Assembly: GCA_017447185.1 (NCBI GenBank)
Contig: JAFSOC010000015.1
Location: 184,672 to 248,671 of the forward strand
DNA length: 64,000 nt
Source of the DNA: Clostridia bacterium
Lineage (GTDB): Bacteria; Bacillota; Clostridia; Christensenellales; Aristaeellaceae
Direction of reading: 5' to 3'
Below the pieces are notes generated by a model. It saw nothing but the letters and a program-made list of their open reading frames with translations. It searched no databases and was not told where the DNA came from. The number at the start of each line of letters is the position of its first letter. Within the stretch, counting starts at the first letter, position 1. A program made the position numbers and the translations under genes. Positions 21,275 to 30,986 of this stretch are shown here, one piece after another.

Positions 21275-22573
21275 TTAATACGGACAATCCTGATGAAGAC
21301 TGATATGGGTATAGCTTCGGGTTCCATCCTTCATTTCAGACAGGGTATGTCCGGAACCGATCAGCTTGTATTTATAGGTTGTCAGGCCTTCAAGCCCCAT
21401 GGGACCTCTGGCGTGGATTTTTCCGGTTGCGATGCCGACTTCCGCGCCGAAACCATAGACAAATCCGTCTGCGAAACGGGTTGAGGCATTCCAGTATACA
21501 CCGGCACTGTCTACACGGTTCATGAATTCAGCTGCATTCCGGGCGTTTTCTGTCACAATACAGTCTGTATGATGGGAACCATACCGGTTGATATGGGAAA
21601 CAGCTTCCTGCAAAGAAGAAACGACTTTTACAGAGACAATGTAATCCAGGTATTCTGTGCTCCAGTCTGTTTCTTCCGCAGGTTTGCAGGAATGGATTTT
21701 CTGAACAGATTCATCGCCGCGGATCTCAACACCGGCTTTCGCCAGCGCATCGCATATTCCGGGAAGAAGGGAAGCGGATGCTTTCTCGTGAATCAGGATG
21801 GTTTCCGCTGCGTTGCATACGGAAACATTCTGTGTCTTGCTGTCAAGGGACAGTTTTACGGCCAGGGCAGGATCGGCATATTCGTCAATATAAACGTGGC
21901 AGATGCCGTCTGAATGACCAAGAACAGGGATCCTGCTGTTATCCATGATATACTGGACGAACTGACGGCTGCCACGCGGAATAATCAGGTCGATCAGTGC
22001 GTCTTCCTTCAGCATGGCGCTGACATCTTCCCGGGTTTCAAGCAGCTGAGCTGATTCCGGAGAAAGTCCGGCCATCTCCAGTGCGTTCTGTACACATTCA
22101 CAAAGAACCTGGTTGGTATGGATTGCTTCGCGGCCACCTTTCAGAATGACACTGTTTCCGCTCTTGATGCAAAGGGAAGCAATCTGTATCAATGCATCGG
22201 GACGGCTTTCAAATATAACCCCGATGACCCCGATCGGACATACAACACGGTAAAGAGAAAGGCCCCCGGTTATTTCTTCTGCATAGGTGGTTTTGCCCAG
22301 CGGATCCGGCAGGGCGGCAAGGCTGTTAAGACCTTCGACCGTCTGTTCAAGTTTCTTTTCGTCAAAAACAAGACGGTGAAGCAGGGGTGAGGAAAGGTGA
22401 TCCGCTTCAGCGGCTGCATAATCTTCCAGATTCGCACTCCGGATTTCCGGGAATCGATCACGGAGAAGATCGGCCAGGCAGAGGATCGCCTGGTTACGAA
22501 GCTGTAAAGAGGCGACAGACAGGTCGTAATAGGAATTTCTGGAATGAAGAGCAATCTCATGTAAATCTTTCAA
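21275..22573 (-). CDS. proA: gamma-glutamyl phosphate reductase
   Basis: IFESRP, LKGG, IPRG, CNAAET, NASTRFADG and HARGPMGL motifs; TTG start after AAAGGAAG. Confidence 0.95.
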   Translation of the reverse strand: MKDLHEIALHSRNSYYDLSVASLQLRNQAILCLADLLRDRFPEIRSANLEDYAAAEADHLSSPLLHRLVFDEKKLEQTVEGLNSLAALPDPLGKTTYAEEITGGLSLYRVVCPIGVIGVIFESRPDALIQIASLCIKSGNSVILKGGREAIHTNQVLCECVQNALEMAGLSPESAQLLETREDVSAMLKEDALIDLIIPRGSRQFVQYIMDNSRIPVLGHSDGICHVYIDEYADPALAVKLSLDSKTQNVSVCNAAETILIHEKASASLLPGICDALAKAGVEIRGDESVQKIHSCKPAEETDWSTEYLDYIVSVKVVSSLQEAVSHINRYGSHHTDCIVTENARNAAEFMNRVDSAGVYWNASTRFADGFVYGFGAEVGIATGKIHARGPMGLEGLTTYKYKLIGSGHTLSEMKDGTRSYTHISLHQDCPY

Positions 22574-22622
22574 AACAAAACACTTCCTTTCCCGTGAAAA
22601 AGTATAACAGACTGTGAACGAA

Positions 22623-22651
22623 TTGAAAAGGCCCGGAAAGTATGGTATAGT
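22623..22651 (+). promoter_or_regulatory. sigma-A promoter of smpB-ssrA
   Basis: TTGAAA-N17-TATAGT with extended TG. Confidence 0.65.
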
Positions 22652-22673
22652 AAGATGTCTGGGGGAATTAACG

Positions 22674-23144
22674 ATGCCGCACCAAACAGGAATCAAGACG
22701 ATTGCACAGAACCGCAAAGCCTATCACGATTATTTTGTGGAAGAGAAATATGAATGCGGCATTGCGCTCTTCGGGACAGAAGTTAAAAGCGTCCGTCAGG
22801 GAAGAGTCAATCTGAAGGAAAGCTGGGTCAGGGTTCATAACGGTGAAGTCTGGGCGGAAGGGATGCATATCAGTCCCTACGAGCAAGGGAATCAATTTAA
22901 CAGGGATCCGATGCGGATGAAGAAACTGCTTTTGCACAAATCCGAAATACGGAAACTGGATGCAGCCGTTATGAAACAGGGGTACACACTGATTCCTCTC
23001 GAACTGTACCTGAAGGATGGACGTGTGAAGGTTTCTCTTGGACTGTGCCGCGGCAAACAGCTGCACGATAAACGGGATGCCCTAGCCAAACGGGATTCAG
23101 ACCGTGAGATTCAGCGGGCACTGAGAAACCGGCAGAAGAATTGA
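22674..23144 (+). CDS. smpB: SsrA-binding protein
   Basis: [20 protein letters not shown] and HDKR motifs; adjacent to tmRNA. Confidence 0.98.
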   Translation: MPHQTGIKTIAQNRKAYHDYFVEEKYECGIALFGTEVKSVRQGRVNLKESWVRVHNGEVWAEGMHISPYEQGNQFNRDPMRMKKLLLHKSEIRKLDAAVMKQGYTLIPLELYLKDGRVKVSLGLCRGKQLHDKRDALAKRDSDREIQRALRNRQKN

Positions 23145-23159
23145 AAGCGTAATTTATTT

Positions 23160-23503
23160 GGGGATGATCCGGTTTCGACGGGAATATCGGAAAATGAATA
23201 AGCGAGCCGCAGCCCCTGTACTGCGTATCAACGGGGAAAAACAATAACTGACAATAGCAATTACGCTTTCGCGGCTTAATGCCGCGCGTCGGCCCTGATT
23301 GCCTGCAGATCAGGTCACCGGCGTCAAAAATGCAGGGAACGAGTACCGGCTAAGCTTTGCAACGGTATCCGTAATCATGAAGCTACTTTTTCGGCAGTCT
23401 TTCCGCGGACGGCCGGAAAGGGAAAATAAATCACGGAATGCGCTCGGAGAAAGTTCATTGGACGGATTTTCGGACAGGGGTTCGACTCCCCTCATCTCCA
23501 CCA
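23160..23503 (+). ncRNA. ssrA: tmRNA; tag peptide (A)DNSNYAFAA at 23250-23279
   Basis: 5' GGGGATG..TTCGAC pairs with 3' GGTTCGACTCCCCTCATCTCCACCA; ATAACT-GAC resume context; tag ends in AA-stop. Confidence 0.97.
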
Positions 23504-23507
23504 TACG

Positions 23508-23538
23508 AACAGAACACAGTTGCTGTGTTCTGTTTTTT
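23508..23538 (+). terminator. tmRNA terminator
   Basis: AACAGAACACAG-TTG-CTGTGTTCTGTT followed by a T run. Confidence 0.85.
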
Positions 23539-23544
23539 CACATT

Positions 23545-23573
23545 AAAACAGACCCTTCAAAACGAAGGGTCTG
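23545..23573 (-). terminator. tRNA-Leu terminator
   Basis: CAGACCCTTC/GAAGGGTCTG stem with T4 on the minus strand. Confidence 0.8.
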
Positions 23574-23579
23574 CTGGCG

Positions 23580-23661
23580 TGCGGTCGACGGGACTTGAAC
23601 CCGTACCCATTGCTGGACACGCCCCTCAAACGTGCGCGTATGCCGATTCCGCCACGACCGC
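23580..23661 (-). tRNA. tRNA-Leu (GAG)
   Basis: GCGGTCGTGGCGGAATCGGCATACGCG; anticodon arm CACGT-TTGAGGG-GCGTG; variable arm; GGTTCAAGTCC; CCA not encoded. Confidence 0.96.
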
Positions 23662-23674
23662 GAACAACAGGAGC

Positions 23675-23703
23675 ATTATAAGACCCGCACTTTACTTTGT
23701 CAA
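23675..23703 (-). promoter_or_regulatory. sigma-A promoter of tRNA-Leu
   Basis: perfect TTGACA-N17-TATAAT. Confidence 0.85.
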
Positions 23704-23793
23704 GAAAAACTGAAACCGGAAGGGCCGGATCTCTGATATTTACGTTGACGTGAATGCGGATAACTGTTAACCTTTATATATCAAACCAGGGAG

Positions 23794-26214
23794 ATGATCA
23801 TTATTCGTTTTATGTCCCGAACAGTTGCCGCCATACTTCTTATTGTGGTCATTGCGGTGTGCCTGACAGCAACGGTTCATGCGGAAAATGAATTTTCCGT
23901 ACAAAGAATCGGACAGATGATCAGCAATCGCGAAAATGCCTTCTCTGTATTTGCACCCGAGAACGGTTTGTTTTCTGTTGCAATTCGCGATGATTACTAT
24001 ACTTACAGAATCATTGAAACTCCTGTCAACGCGGGAAACAACGAGGTGAAATGGGACGGATGCGGGTATCATTCCGAAAAACTGGATACACAGTATTATA
24101 CATTTGATTTTTCCCTGGCGGGTGAAAGCGGACAAACATATACGTTTTCCTTCCGGTCTCCGGTTGTCAGCAACGACCAGTATCTTCAGTTTGTTCTGCC
24201 GTCCGGGGACGAAGTCAGCCTCAGCGCCATGGGGGACTGGTTCGTTGAAGTCAGGGCAGTGAGGGACGGGACGGTCACATTTGTTTTTTCACCGTCTGAT
24301 TTGTCAGAACCCATAACTGTACAAAAACCTGCCCATGGTGGAAGAGTGGAACATTACACACTGGAAAAACTGGCGGGTAAAAGCCGGATTGCACCCGGAA
24401 ACTATACAGTTTCCGTATACGAAATTACAAAACCGGATAACATTACTTCTTTTCCACTGCATATCTCGGATGAAGAGCCTTCCCGGGAACCTGTTCAGGT
24501 GACCGGTGAGATCATGCCGTCAGAGGAGGGCGGGGATGCTGCTGTCTGGGAGGCTATGATGCGGCCTTCCGTTGTGATTGACGAAGAATTCAACAGATCC
24601 ATTCCGGTATACGCAGAACCGGACAAAACAGCAGAAAACCTGGGTACGTTGCATGGAGCGACACAGTGCCTGTCTGTTTTTGAACTCAGGGACAGCTGGG
24701 CCAGAATTGGCGCATGGAATCATGAATCAGCTGATTATATGGAAGGATGGATTCCTGACAGCAAACTGAAAGTCGTTTATCCAAACAAGGATTACGGATT
24801 GCTTATAAATAAAAAAGAGCAGACATTGACAGTTTATTATCAGGGCAGAAAGCTGGAAACCCTCCTGGTTTCCACAGGACATATGGATCCGGGCAAACTG
24901 ATCCGGGAAACAGCTGCCGGAATGTATTTTACAGGCCTGCACCGTGTTGCTTTCTCGATGCAGGGGAGCAAATATGATTATGTGATTCAGTATGACGGCG
25001 GCAATCTGCTGCACCAGATTCCATACTCATCTGCCGGGAAAAAGGATTTCACATGGGGAAAGGCGTATCTCGGATCCAAGGCGTCACACGCATGTGTCCG
25101 GATCCAGGACTTTCCAGGTCCGCAATCTGGGATCAACGCGTACTGGATATGGACGCATATTCCATATCGGACAAAAGTTATTATACTGGACGATCCGGAA
25201 GAACGTGAAAAGGCGAAATCGGTCCTGTGCGGCACAGATCCTGTTGTGACGGACCGGATCACCTTCCTGGAGGATGAGCAGCCCGAAAGAAATGACCAAC
25301 ATGCAGTGCTGACCTTTGGGGGAAACATTGTTGCCGGAAACAGCGAAGGAGCATTCTATAGCAACAATTCCATCTGCACACTGATCGAGAAAGAAGGCGT
25401 CGCTTATCCCTTCAGCGATTTGCTGTCAATTTTCGAAAATGATGACTGGACCTGCCTGAATCTTGAAAGTACATTAAAATCGGACAATCTGAATGCGGAC
25501 AGGTACAGATCCGTTCGATACCGCGGTCTGCCCGAATATGCCGGCATTTTTCCGGCCTCTTCTGTTGAAATGGTTTCATTTGGAGAGCATGTTTACGATT
25601 ACCGTGATGATGGCTTTGATTCCACAGTAAAAGCTCTTGAACACGAAACCGAATGGATCGGATATGGAAAGACTGCCGCTGTCCATATCAGGAACCATCT
25701 CTTTGGGTTCGGAGCCTGCACAGAGGAAGAATACATCAGAGATCCGGAAATAATAGGGAAGGAAATTGAAAACCTGCGCGGCATGGGATGTGAATTTGTG
25801 ATCTATCAGTGCAACTGGGGAAATGAAAAAGACGATTTCCATTCCAAACTTCAGGACGCGATGGCCAGAGCCTGTGAACGCGCAGGAGCGGATTTGCTGA
25901 TCGGACATCATCCGGGGAAAATACAGGGAATAGATTATATCAATGAAATGCCTGTGATTTACAGTCTCGGCAATCTGATCGCGGCAGGCGCGGCAAGAAC
26001 AAAAACATATGACGCTCTGATTGTTCAGGCTGTATTCGATCTGAACGGTGAAAGCAGAAAACCTTCGCTTCGCCTGATACCGGTGCTGGCCAGTTCTGCG
26101 GCCGAAGAAAAGAACAATAACTGCCATCCTGCAGTGGCACAGGATGGAGATCGGCAAAGGATCCTGAAAACGATCCAGAAGGATACCGGATTTCTTTTGA
26201 TACTGGATCAGTAA
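23794..26214 (+). CDS. exported multidomain protein: Ig-like/SH3-like region, L,D-transpeptidase (YkuD) domain and degenerate CapA (PGA_cap) domain
   Basis: signal peptide ending TVHA; VSTG and LLHQIPY...LGSKASHACVRI (LDT His/Cys); CapA-like NLES, WG.E, IGHHP and YSLGN motifs. Confidence 0.82.
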   Translation: MIIIRFMSRTVAAILLIVVIAVCLTATVHAENEFSVQRIGQMISNRENAFSVFAPENGLFSVAIRDDYYTYRIIETPVNAGNNEVKWDGCGYHSEKLDTQYYTFDFSLAGESGQTYTFSFRSPVVSNDQYLQFVLPSGDEVSLSAMGDWFVEVRAVRDGTVTFVFSPSDLSEPITVQKPAHGGRVEHYTLEKLAGKSRIAPGNYTVSVYEITKPDNITSFPLHISDEEPSREPVQVTGEIMPSEEGGDAAVWEAMMRPSVVIDEEFNRSIPVYAEPDKTAENLGTLHGATQCLSVFELRDSWARIGAWNHESADYMEGWIPDSKLKVVYPNKDYGLLINKKEQTLTVYYQGRKLETLLVSTGHMDPGKLIRETAAGMYFTGLHRVAFSMQGSKYDYVIQYDGGNLLHQIPYSSAGKKDFTWGKAYLGSKASHACVRIQDFPGPQSGINAYWIWTHIPYRTKVIILDDPEEREKAKSVLCGTDPVVTDRITFLEDEQPERNDQHAVLTFGGNIVAGNSEGAFYSNNSICTLIEKEGVAYPFSDLLSIFENDDWTCLNLESTLKSDNLNADRYRSVRYRGLPEYAGIFPASSVEMVSFGEHVYDYRDDGFDSTVKALEHETEWIGYGKTAAVHIRNHLFGFGACTEEEYIRDPEIIGKEIENLRGMGCEFVIYQCNWGNEKDDFHSKLQDAMARACERAGADLLIGHHPGKIQGIDYINEMPVIYSLGNLIAAGAARTKTYDALIVQAVFDLNGESRKPSLRLIPVLASSAAEEKNNNCHPAVAQDGDRQRILKTIQKDTGFLLILDQ

Positions 26215-27326
26215 AAGATATAGTAAGTGCACTCAAGACGTCCGTTATAGAGACGTCTTTTTTTGTCTGCCCTCCTGCCATAGGAACGTTCAAAAGACGG
26301 ATCTGATGAAATGACACACATGGACCATCCGGGATGACGTTCTTTCAGCAGGCGCAGGTCATGGTAAAGAAGACGGCAGGTTTTCTGATCGCTGAGCCGT
26401 TCCCCGTAGGGCGGATTGCAGATGAACACACCTCTGCCGGATTGGAGGAATACCTGTTGCAAAGGCCTGACTTCAATATGTACCTTGCCTTCCAGCTGGG
26501 CCTGCCGGATATGCCGAATGGCCAGCTTTACAGCTTCAGGATCAATATCAGAGCCGGAAACAGACAGGTGAAGGTCCGCAACGGATTCATGTGCAGCATC
26601 CTGGCGAAGCGTGTCAAAAGGAACAGTGCGGAACGGGGAAAACGACTCCATCGCAAAATGCCGTCGAAGTCCGGGAGCGATCCCTGATGCTTTCAGAGTG
26701 GCTTCAATCAGAATGGTTCCGGTACCACAACAGGGGTCATATAGCATCATGTCCGGCCTCCATGGACTGAGCTGGACAAGCGCAGCAGCAAGGGTTTCAC
26801 GCAAAGGCGCTTCACCGTTCCAGGTGCGGTAGCCACGACGGGAAAGCGCTTCACCGGATGTGTTGATCAGAATGCGCACCAGATCGGAATGAATGGAAAC
26901 CAGTACCGGAAAAGAAGAACCGTTTTCAGGGAAAAAGGACCGGCCGGTGGATTTGCGAAGCTGTTCGATGATGGATTTTTTGGTGACAGCCTGGCAGTCA
27001 CGCGGACTCATAAGAGTGCTTCTTGCACATTTTGCCGAAACGAGGATGGATTCATCACCGCTGAGATATTCCTGCCAGGGGACAGAAGCGACAAGCTGGT
27101 ACAAATCTTCAAAAGAAGTGCATTTTTGTTCAGCAGCCAGGATAAAAACCCTGTCGCAAAAGTGAAGCTTTAAATTGCAGAGAAAGATCCCCTCAGGACT
27201 TGCTGTAAAGCGTACGCCGCCGTTTTCCGCCTTTGCATCCGGAAAACCAAGTCTGCGAAGTTCGTCAGCAACAAGGCCTTCAAGCCCAAATGCAGCAGAT
27301 GCATAACATAAAAATGCCTGTTTCAC
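26208..27326 (-). CDS. THUMP-domain rRNA m2G methyltransferase (RlmL/YpsC family)
   Basis: FGLE, LSRRGYR, APLRETLAA, DPCCGTGT and NPPYGERL motifs. Confidence 0.92.
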   Translation of the reverse strand: MKQAFLCYASAAFGLEGLVADELRRLGFPDAKAENGGVRFTASPEGIFLCNLKLHFCDRVFILAAEQKCTSFEDLYQLVASVPWQEYLSGDESILVSAKCARSTLMSPRDCQAVTKKSIIEQLRKSTGRSFFPENGSSFPVLVSIHSDLVRILINTSGEALSRRGYRTWNGEAPLRETLAAALVQLSPWRPDMMLYDPCCGTGTILIEATLKASGIAPGLRRHFAMESFSPFRTVPFDTLRQDAAHESVADLHLSVSGSDIDPEAVKLAIRHIRQAQLEGKVHIEVRPLQQVFLQSGRGVFICNPPYGERLSDQKTCRLLYHDLRLLKERHPGWSMCVISSDPSFERSYGRRADKKRRLYNGRLECTYYIFY

Positions 27327-27480
27327 AAAAATCCCTCCTGTTTCAGTTTACATGGTTTCAAAATGAAAGTAAAGGCGAAAAGCATTACCGGATCTGAAGC
27401 TTCATCGGAGGAATTCCTTGATTTTGCAAAGGATGTACGATATACTAAATTGATTAGAATCAGGAAGGATGATGTTCATA

Positions 27481-27813
27481 ATGAAGCTGATTATTGCGAT
27501 CGTTCAGGATGAAGACTCTTCCAAATTAGTCTCGAAATTGATGCAGGACGGGTTCAGTGTTACGAAGCTGGCAACAACCGGCGGCTTTCTGAAGGCCGGT
27601 AACACTACGCTGCTGCTTGGTGTCGAAGAGGAAAGGATGCAGGATGCGATACACCTGATTGAGACGGTATGCAAAAGCAGGAAACAGATTACTTCCGCAC
27701 CGGCAGCTCTGGCGGGAATGGCCCATGGGGAATATACGACCTATCCCGTGGAAGTCACCGTTGGAGGCGCTACAATGTTTATTCTCTCCATCGAACAGTT
27801 CCTCAAAGTGTAA
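27481..27813 (+). CDS. darA: c-di-AMP receptor, PII-like DarA/PstA (DUF970)
   Basis: MKLIIAIVQDED, TKLATTGGFLKAGNTT and VGGAT motifs; TTGATT-N17-TATACT promoter upstream. Confidence 0.93.
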   Translation: MKLIIAIVQDEDSSKLVSKLMQDGFSVTKLATTGGFLKAGNTTLLLGVEEERMQDAIHLIETVCKSRKQITSAPAALAGMAHGEYTTYPVEVTVGGATMFILSIEQFLKV

Positions 27814-27820
27814 ACAGAAA

Positions 27821-28846
27821 ATGGAAGATATAATTTTAGAAAGTTTTCTGAATCACGGAGAAACATACCGGATTTTATTTGATCAGTTGCAAAATGAAAC
27901 TGCAGTCCATGCGTATCTGATTACCGGCGAAAAAGGAACCGGAAAGAGGACATTGGCCAGGCTGATGGCAAAAACAATCCTGTGCAGTTCGGGTGGGAAA
28001 CGTCCATGCGGTGTGTGCCGTAACTGCGTCCTGGCGGAAAAGAATGAACATCCGGACCTGATTCTGATTGAAAAAGGGTCACCGATTGCTGCAGGTGTAA
28101 AAAAAGACCGGAATACAATTCCAATCGAAGATATCCGTGAAATGATACGTCTGTGCGGAATCCGTTCGACGGACGGAAACAAGCGCGTCGTGCTGCTCTT
28201 TGATGCGGATAAAATGACAACACAGGCGCAGAACTGCCTGCTCAAAACACTGGAAGAACCGCCGTCGGATACATATTTAATTCTGGCGACGGATCACACA
28301 GAATCAATCCTTCCGACGATTATCAGCAGATGCCGGATCCTTCGTACGAAAGCCTGGGATGATCAATATATCCTTTCCGTACTTGACAGGAATCATGTTT
28401 TGGGAGAACATTCTGCCGATGCCGTAGCTGCAGCAGGAGGGTCCATCGGAAGGGCGCTGGAGCTGACAAATGATGATTCCTACTGGAAACTCAGGGACGA
28501 AGTTATGGATATCTTTTTCCAGACAACGTCCCGGAGTGACGTCCTGAAGATATCAAACCAGTGGAAAGACCGCAAACAGGATGCGGAACAGCTTTTTTCG
28601 GTTCTGGAATCGTTGGTTGGAATGCTGATGGAATACAGGTTTTACAGGGACAGGAAAACCGATCTGTCAGCTTTTCCGCCGCAATGGCAGAAATTTGCCG
28701 GGAAGGCACAGGAAGAGGAATTTGTTGTTCTGACGAACTGCATTTCTTCTTCAAAAAAACAGCTGCAGTATTCGCTGAATTTTCAAGCAGTGCTTGAAAA
28801 ACTGATTTTTACTTTTATAGGAGAAGGGAACAAATGGCTACAATAG
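27821..28846 (+). CDS. holB: DNA polymerase III delta' subunit
   Basis: HAYL..G..GTGK, Zn-binding C..PCGVCRNC, HPD, NCLLKTLEEP and TIISRC motifs. Confidence 0.93.
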   Translation: MEDIILESFLNHGETYRILFDQLQNETAVHAYLITGEKGTGKRTLARLMAKTILCSSGGKRPCGVCRNCVLAEKNEHPDLILIEKGSPIAAGVKKDRNTIPIEDIREMIRLCGIRSTDGNKRVVLLFDADKMTTQAQNCLLKTLEEPPSDTYLILATDHTESILPTIISRCRILRTKAWDDQYILSVLDRNHVLGEHSADAVAAAGGSIGRALELTNDDSYWKLRDEVMDIFFQTTSRSDVLKISNQWKDRKQDAEQLFSVLESLVGMLMEYRFYRDRKTDLSAFPPQWQKFAGKAQEEEFVVLTNCISSSKKQLQYSLNFQAVLEKLIFTFIGEGNKWLQ

Positions 28847-30012
28847 TCGGAATACAGTTTCAAAAAAACGGGAAAATATACAATTTCGATGTAAACAACC
28901 TTGAAGTCAAACCGGATGATTATGTGGTCGCTGATACAGGCCATGGCATTGATCTCGGTCAGGTTGTTGTCGGATGCAGGCATGTTGAAGATACGGATTC
29001 TGCCGTTGCACAGAAAAAGCTGATTCGTATCGCGACGGAAAAAGATTTGCAGACCAGCGCAGAAAACCGTGAAAAAGAACGTGAAGCTTTTACCGTCTGC
29101 CAGAAGAAAATAGCCGAACATAAGCTGGATATGAAACTGGTGTCCGTAGAGTATGCGTTTGATAACAGTAAAGCGCTGTTCTACTTTACTGCAAATGGAA
29201 GGGTTGATTTCCGCTCTCTTGTAAAAGATCTTGCTTCCGTGTTTAAAATGAGGATTGAACTGAGGCAGATCGGCGTACGTGATGAAGCAAGAATGATTGG
29301 CGGTCTCGGACCGTGCGGACGACAGATCTGCTGCGGCTCTTTCCTGGATGAATTCCAGCCTGTCTCAATCAAAATGGCAAAAGAACAGAACCTTTCCCTG
29401 AATCCCACGAAAATCAGCGGGGTCTGCGGCAGGCTCATGTGCTGTCTGAAATACGAGCAGGATCATTATGAACAGACGCGGAAAATTATGCCGCGAATCG
29501 GAAAGGAAGTATCCACTCCTGACGGAACCGGAACAGTCAGTGATCTTAACATTGTAAAGGAAACGGTATTTGTCAGGATTACAAACGGCGATTCCAGCGA
29601 AATCAAGGAATATCCCCTTGAAAAGGTGGAAAGAATAAACAGCAGCGAGATACATCAGACGGCAGACAGGAAGGAAAACGCAGCGAATGGGGAAGTCCAT
29701 CCTGAAGGAGCCCCGGAAGCCGAGACAGGCAATGACAGTAAAGGGAAGGGAAATCCGCAGAGGGAAAATCGCGGTAAAAAGGGACAGAACAATCCTTCCG
29801 GCCAGAACATAAACCAGCGAAAACCTGAAAAACAGGAAACGGCTAAAAAGAATCCTGCATTAGGTAAACCCGTGATGCGGGAGAACCCAAACAGAAATGT
29901 GCCGAAGCAGGAAACAGCTCCTGCTGTGGAAGCGGCAGAAGAAAAAACGGAGGTTTCTTCCGGATCGAACTGGGCGGAAGCGGTCCGAAAAGCAATTGAT
30001 TCCATCAATTGA
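28834..30012 (+). CDS. ricT: PSP1-domain protein RicT/YaaT with disordered C-terminal extension
   Basis: RVDFR, GPCGRQICC and SGVCGRLMCCLKYE motifs; follows holB. Confidence 0.93.
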   Translation: MATIVGIQFQKNGKIYNFDVNNLEVKPDDYVVADTGHGIDLGQVVVGCRHVEDTDSAVAQKKLIRIATEKDLQTSAENREKEREAFTVCQKKIAEHKLDMKLVSVEYAFDNSKALFYFTANGRVDFRSLVKDLASVFKMRIELRQIGVRDEARMIGGLGPCGRQICCGSFLDEFQPVSIKMAKEQNLSLNPTKISGVCGRLMCCLKYEQDHYEQTRKIMPRIGKEVSTPDGTGTVSDLNIVKETVFVRITNGDSSEIKEYPLEKVERINSSEIHQTADRKENAANGEVHPEGAPEAETGNDSKGKGNPQRENRGKKGQNNPSGQNINQRKPEKQETAKKNPALGKPVMRENPNRNVPKQETAPAVEAAEEKTEVSSGSNWAEAVRKAIDSIN

Positions 30013-30126
30013 TTCATTTGCTTCACAATGCGGTTTTTTTCTGAATGTCTTGAATCTTTGATTCATAGATGATAAAATAATTACACAACAACGTTCGGAA
30101 AGAACGAATTAACGGAGGTTAAGGTT

Positions 30127-30297
30127 ATGGCTTACAAAATTTCTGATGAATGCATCAGCTGCGGTGCTTGTGCTGCTCAGTGCCCCGTCAGCGCGATCAG
30201 CGAAGGAGACGGAAAATTCGTAATCGATGCAGATACCTGCGTCGAGTGCGGTGCCTGTGCGGAAACCTGCCCTGTTGGCGCGCCTGCCCAGGAATAA
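30127..30297 (+). CDS. fdx: clostridial 2[4Fe-4S] ferredoxin (56 aa, missing from the ORF track)
   Basis: manual translation MAYKISDECISCGACAAQCPVSAISEGDGKFVIDADTCVECGACAETCPVGAPAQE; two CxxCxxCxxxCP motifs; GGAGG RBS. Confidence 0.97.
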   Translation: MAYKISDECISCGACAAQCPVSAISEGDGKFVIDADTCVECGACAETCPVGAPAQE

Positions 30298-30309
30298 TTT
30301 ATCCAGATC

Positions 30310-30335
30310 AAAAACCGGCGAGAGCCGGTTTTTTT
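30310..30335 (+). terminator. ferredoxin terminator
   Basis: AAAAACCGGC-GAGA-GCCGGTTTTTTT. Confidence 0.88.
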
Positions 30336-30352
30336 ATTTTCCGGAAGAACGC

Positions 30353-30379
30353 AAAAAAACCCGCAGGAAATCCTGCGGG
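30353..30379 (-). terminator. tRNA-Lys terminator
   Basis: CCCGCAGGA/TCCTGCGGG stem with T7 on the minus strand. Confidence 0.85.
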
Positions 30380-30382
30380 CTG

Positions 30383-30455
30383 TACACCATTAGGGACTCG
30401 AACCCTAGACACCCTGATTAAGAGTCAGGTGCTCTACCAACTGAGCTAATGGTGC
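30383..30455 (-). tRNA. tRNA-Lys (CTT)
   Basis: GCACCATTAGCTCAGTTGGTAGAGC; anticodon arm CCTGA-CTCTTAA-TCAGG; GGTTCGAGTCC; CCA not encoded. Confidence 0.96.
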
Positions 30456-30472
30456 TCAAGCGAACGATAGCT

Positions 30473-30500
30473 ATTATACATGAATTAACATATTTGTCAA
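30473..30500 (-). promoter_or_regulatory. sigma-A promoter of tRNA-Lys
   Basis: TTGACA-N16-TATAAT. Confidence 0.8.
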
Positions 30501-30572
30501 CAAGAAATTTATTTGTTTCATCCGGATGAACTATGATATAATTATTAGGATAAGACTGAGGAGGATTCTTGA

Positions 30573-30986
30573 TTGTTTTTTCAGGTTTATGATCCGCTTG
30601 ATGAAAAAGAAGTATCCCTGATGAATATTCTCCAGCTTGCTTACGTCGGTGATGCGGTTTGGGAAATTGCGGTCCGGAATCACCTGATCCGCCAGGGATA
30701 TAACCTGCATCATCTCCATTCCGAATGTATCCGGAAAGTCAATGCCCACGCACAGGCGGAATTTGCCAAGGCCTTGCAGTATGAACTGACTGAAGCGGAA
30801 GCAGATCTTATGCGGCGGGGAAGAAATGCACACCCACATCATCCCGTTCCCAAAAACCAGGATCCAGAAGATTATTCCATGGCTACAGCATTTGAAGTAT
30901 TGCTTGGATTTCATTATTTGACAGGCCATGAAGAACGTTTGCACCAGATTATAACACTGTTGATTGGAGGGGCAGAAAATGGCTGA
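30573..30986 (+). CDS. mrnC: Mini-ribonuclease III
   Basis: LAYVGDAV, RRGRNA and ATAFEVLLG motifs; GAGGAGG RBS. Confidence 0.93.
   Translation: MFFQVYDPLDEKEVSLMNILQLAYVGDAVWEIAVRNHLIRQGYNLHHLHSECIRKVNAHAQAEFAKALQYELTEAEADLMRRGRNAHPHHPVPKNQDPEDYSMATAFEVLLGFHYLTGHEERLHQIITLLIGGAENG

Noticed and set aside
23299-23713. Short ORFs over the tmRNA and tRNA-Leu region; also 30150-30449
   Set aside because: Explained by RNA genes or by the ferredoxin in another frame
27327-27480. Possible RNase P RNA beside the ypsC-like gene, as in Bacillus
   Set aside because: The interval is only about 150 bp and lacks the GAGGAAAGTCC signature
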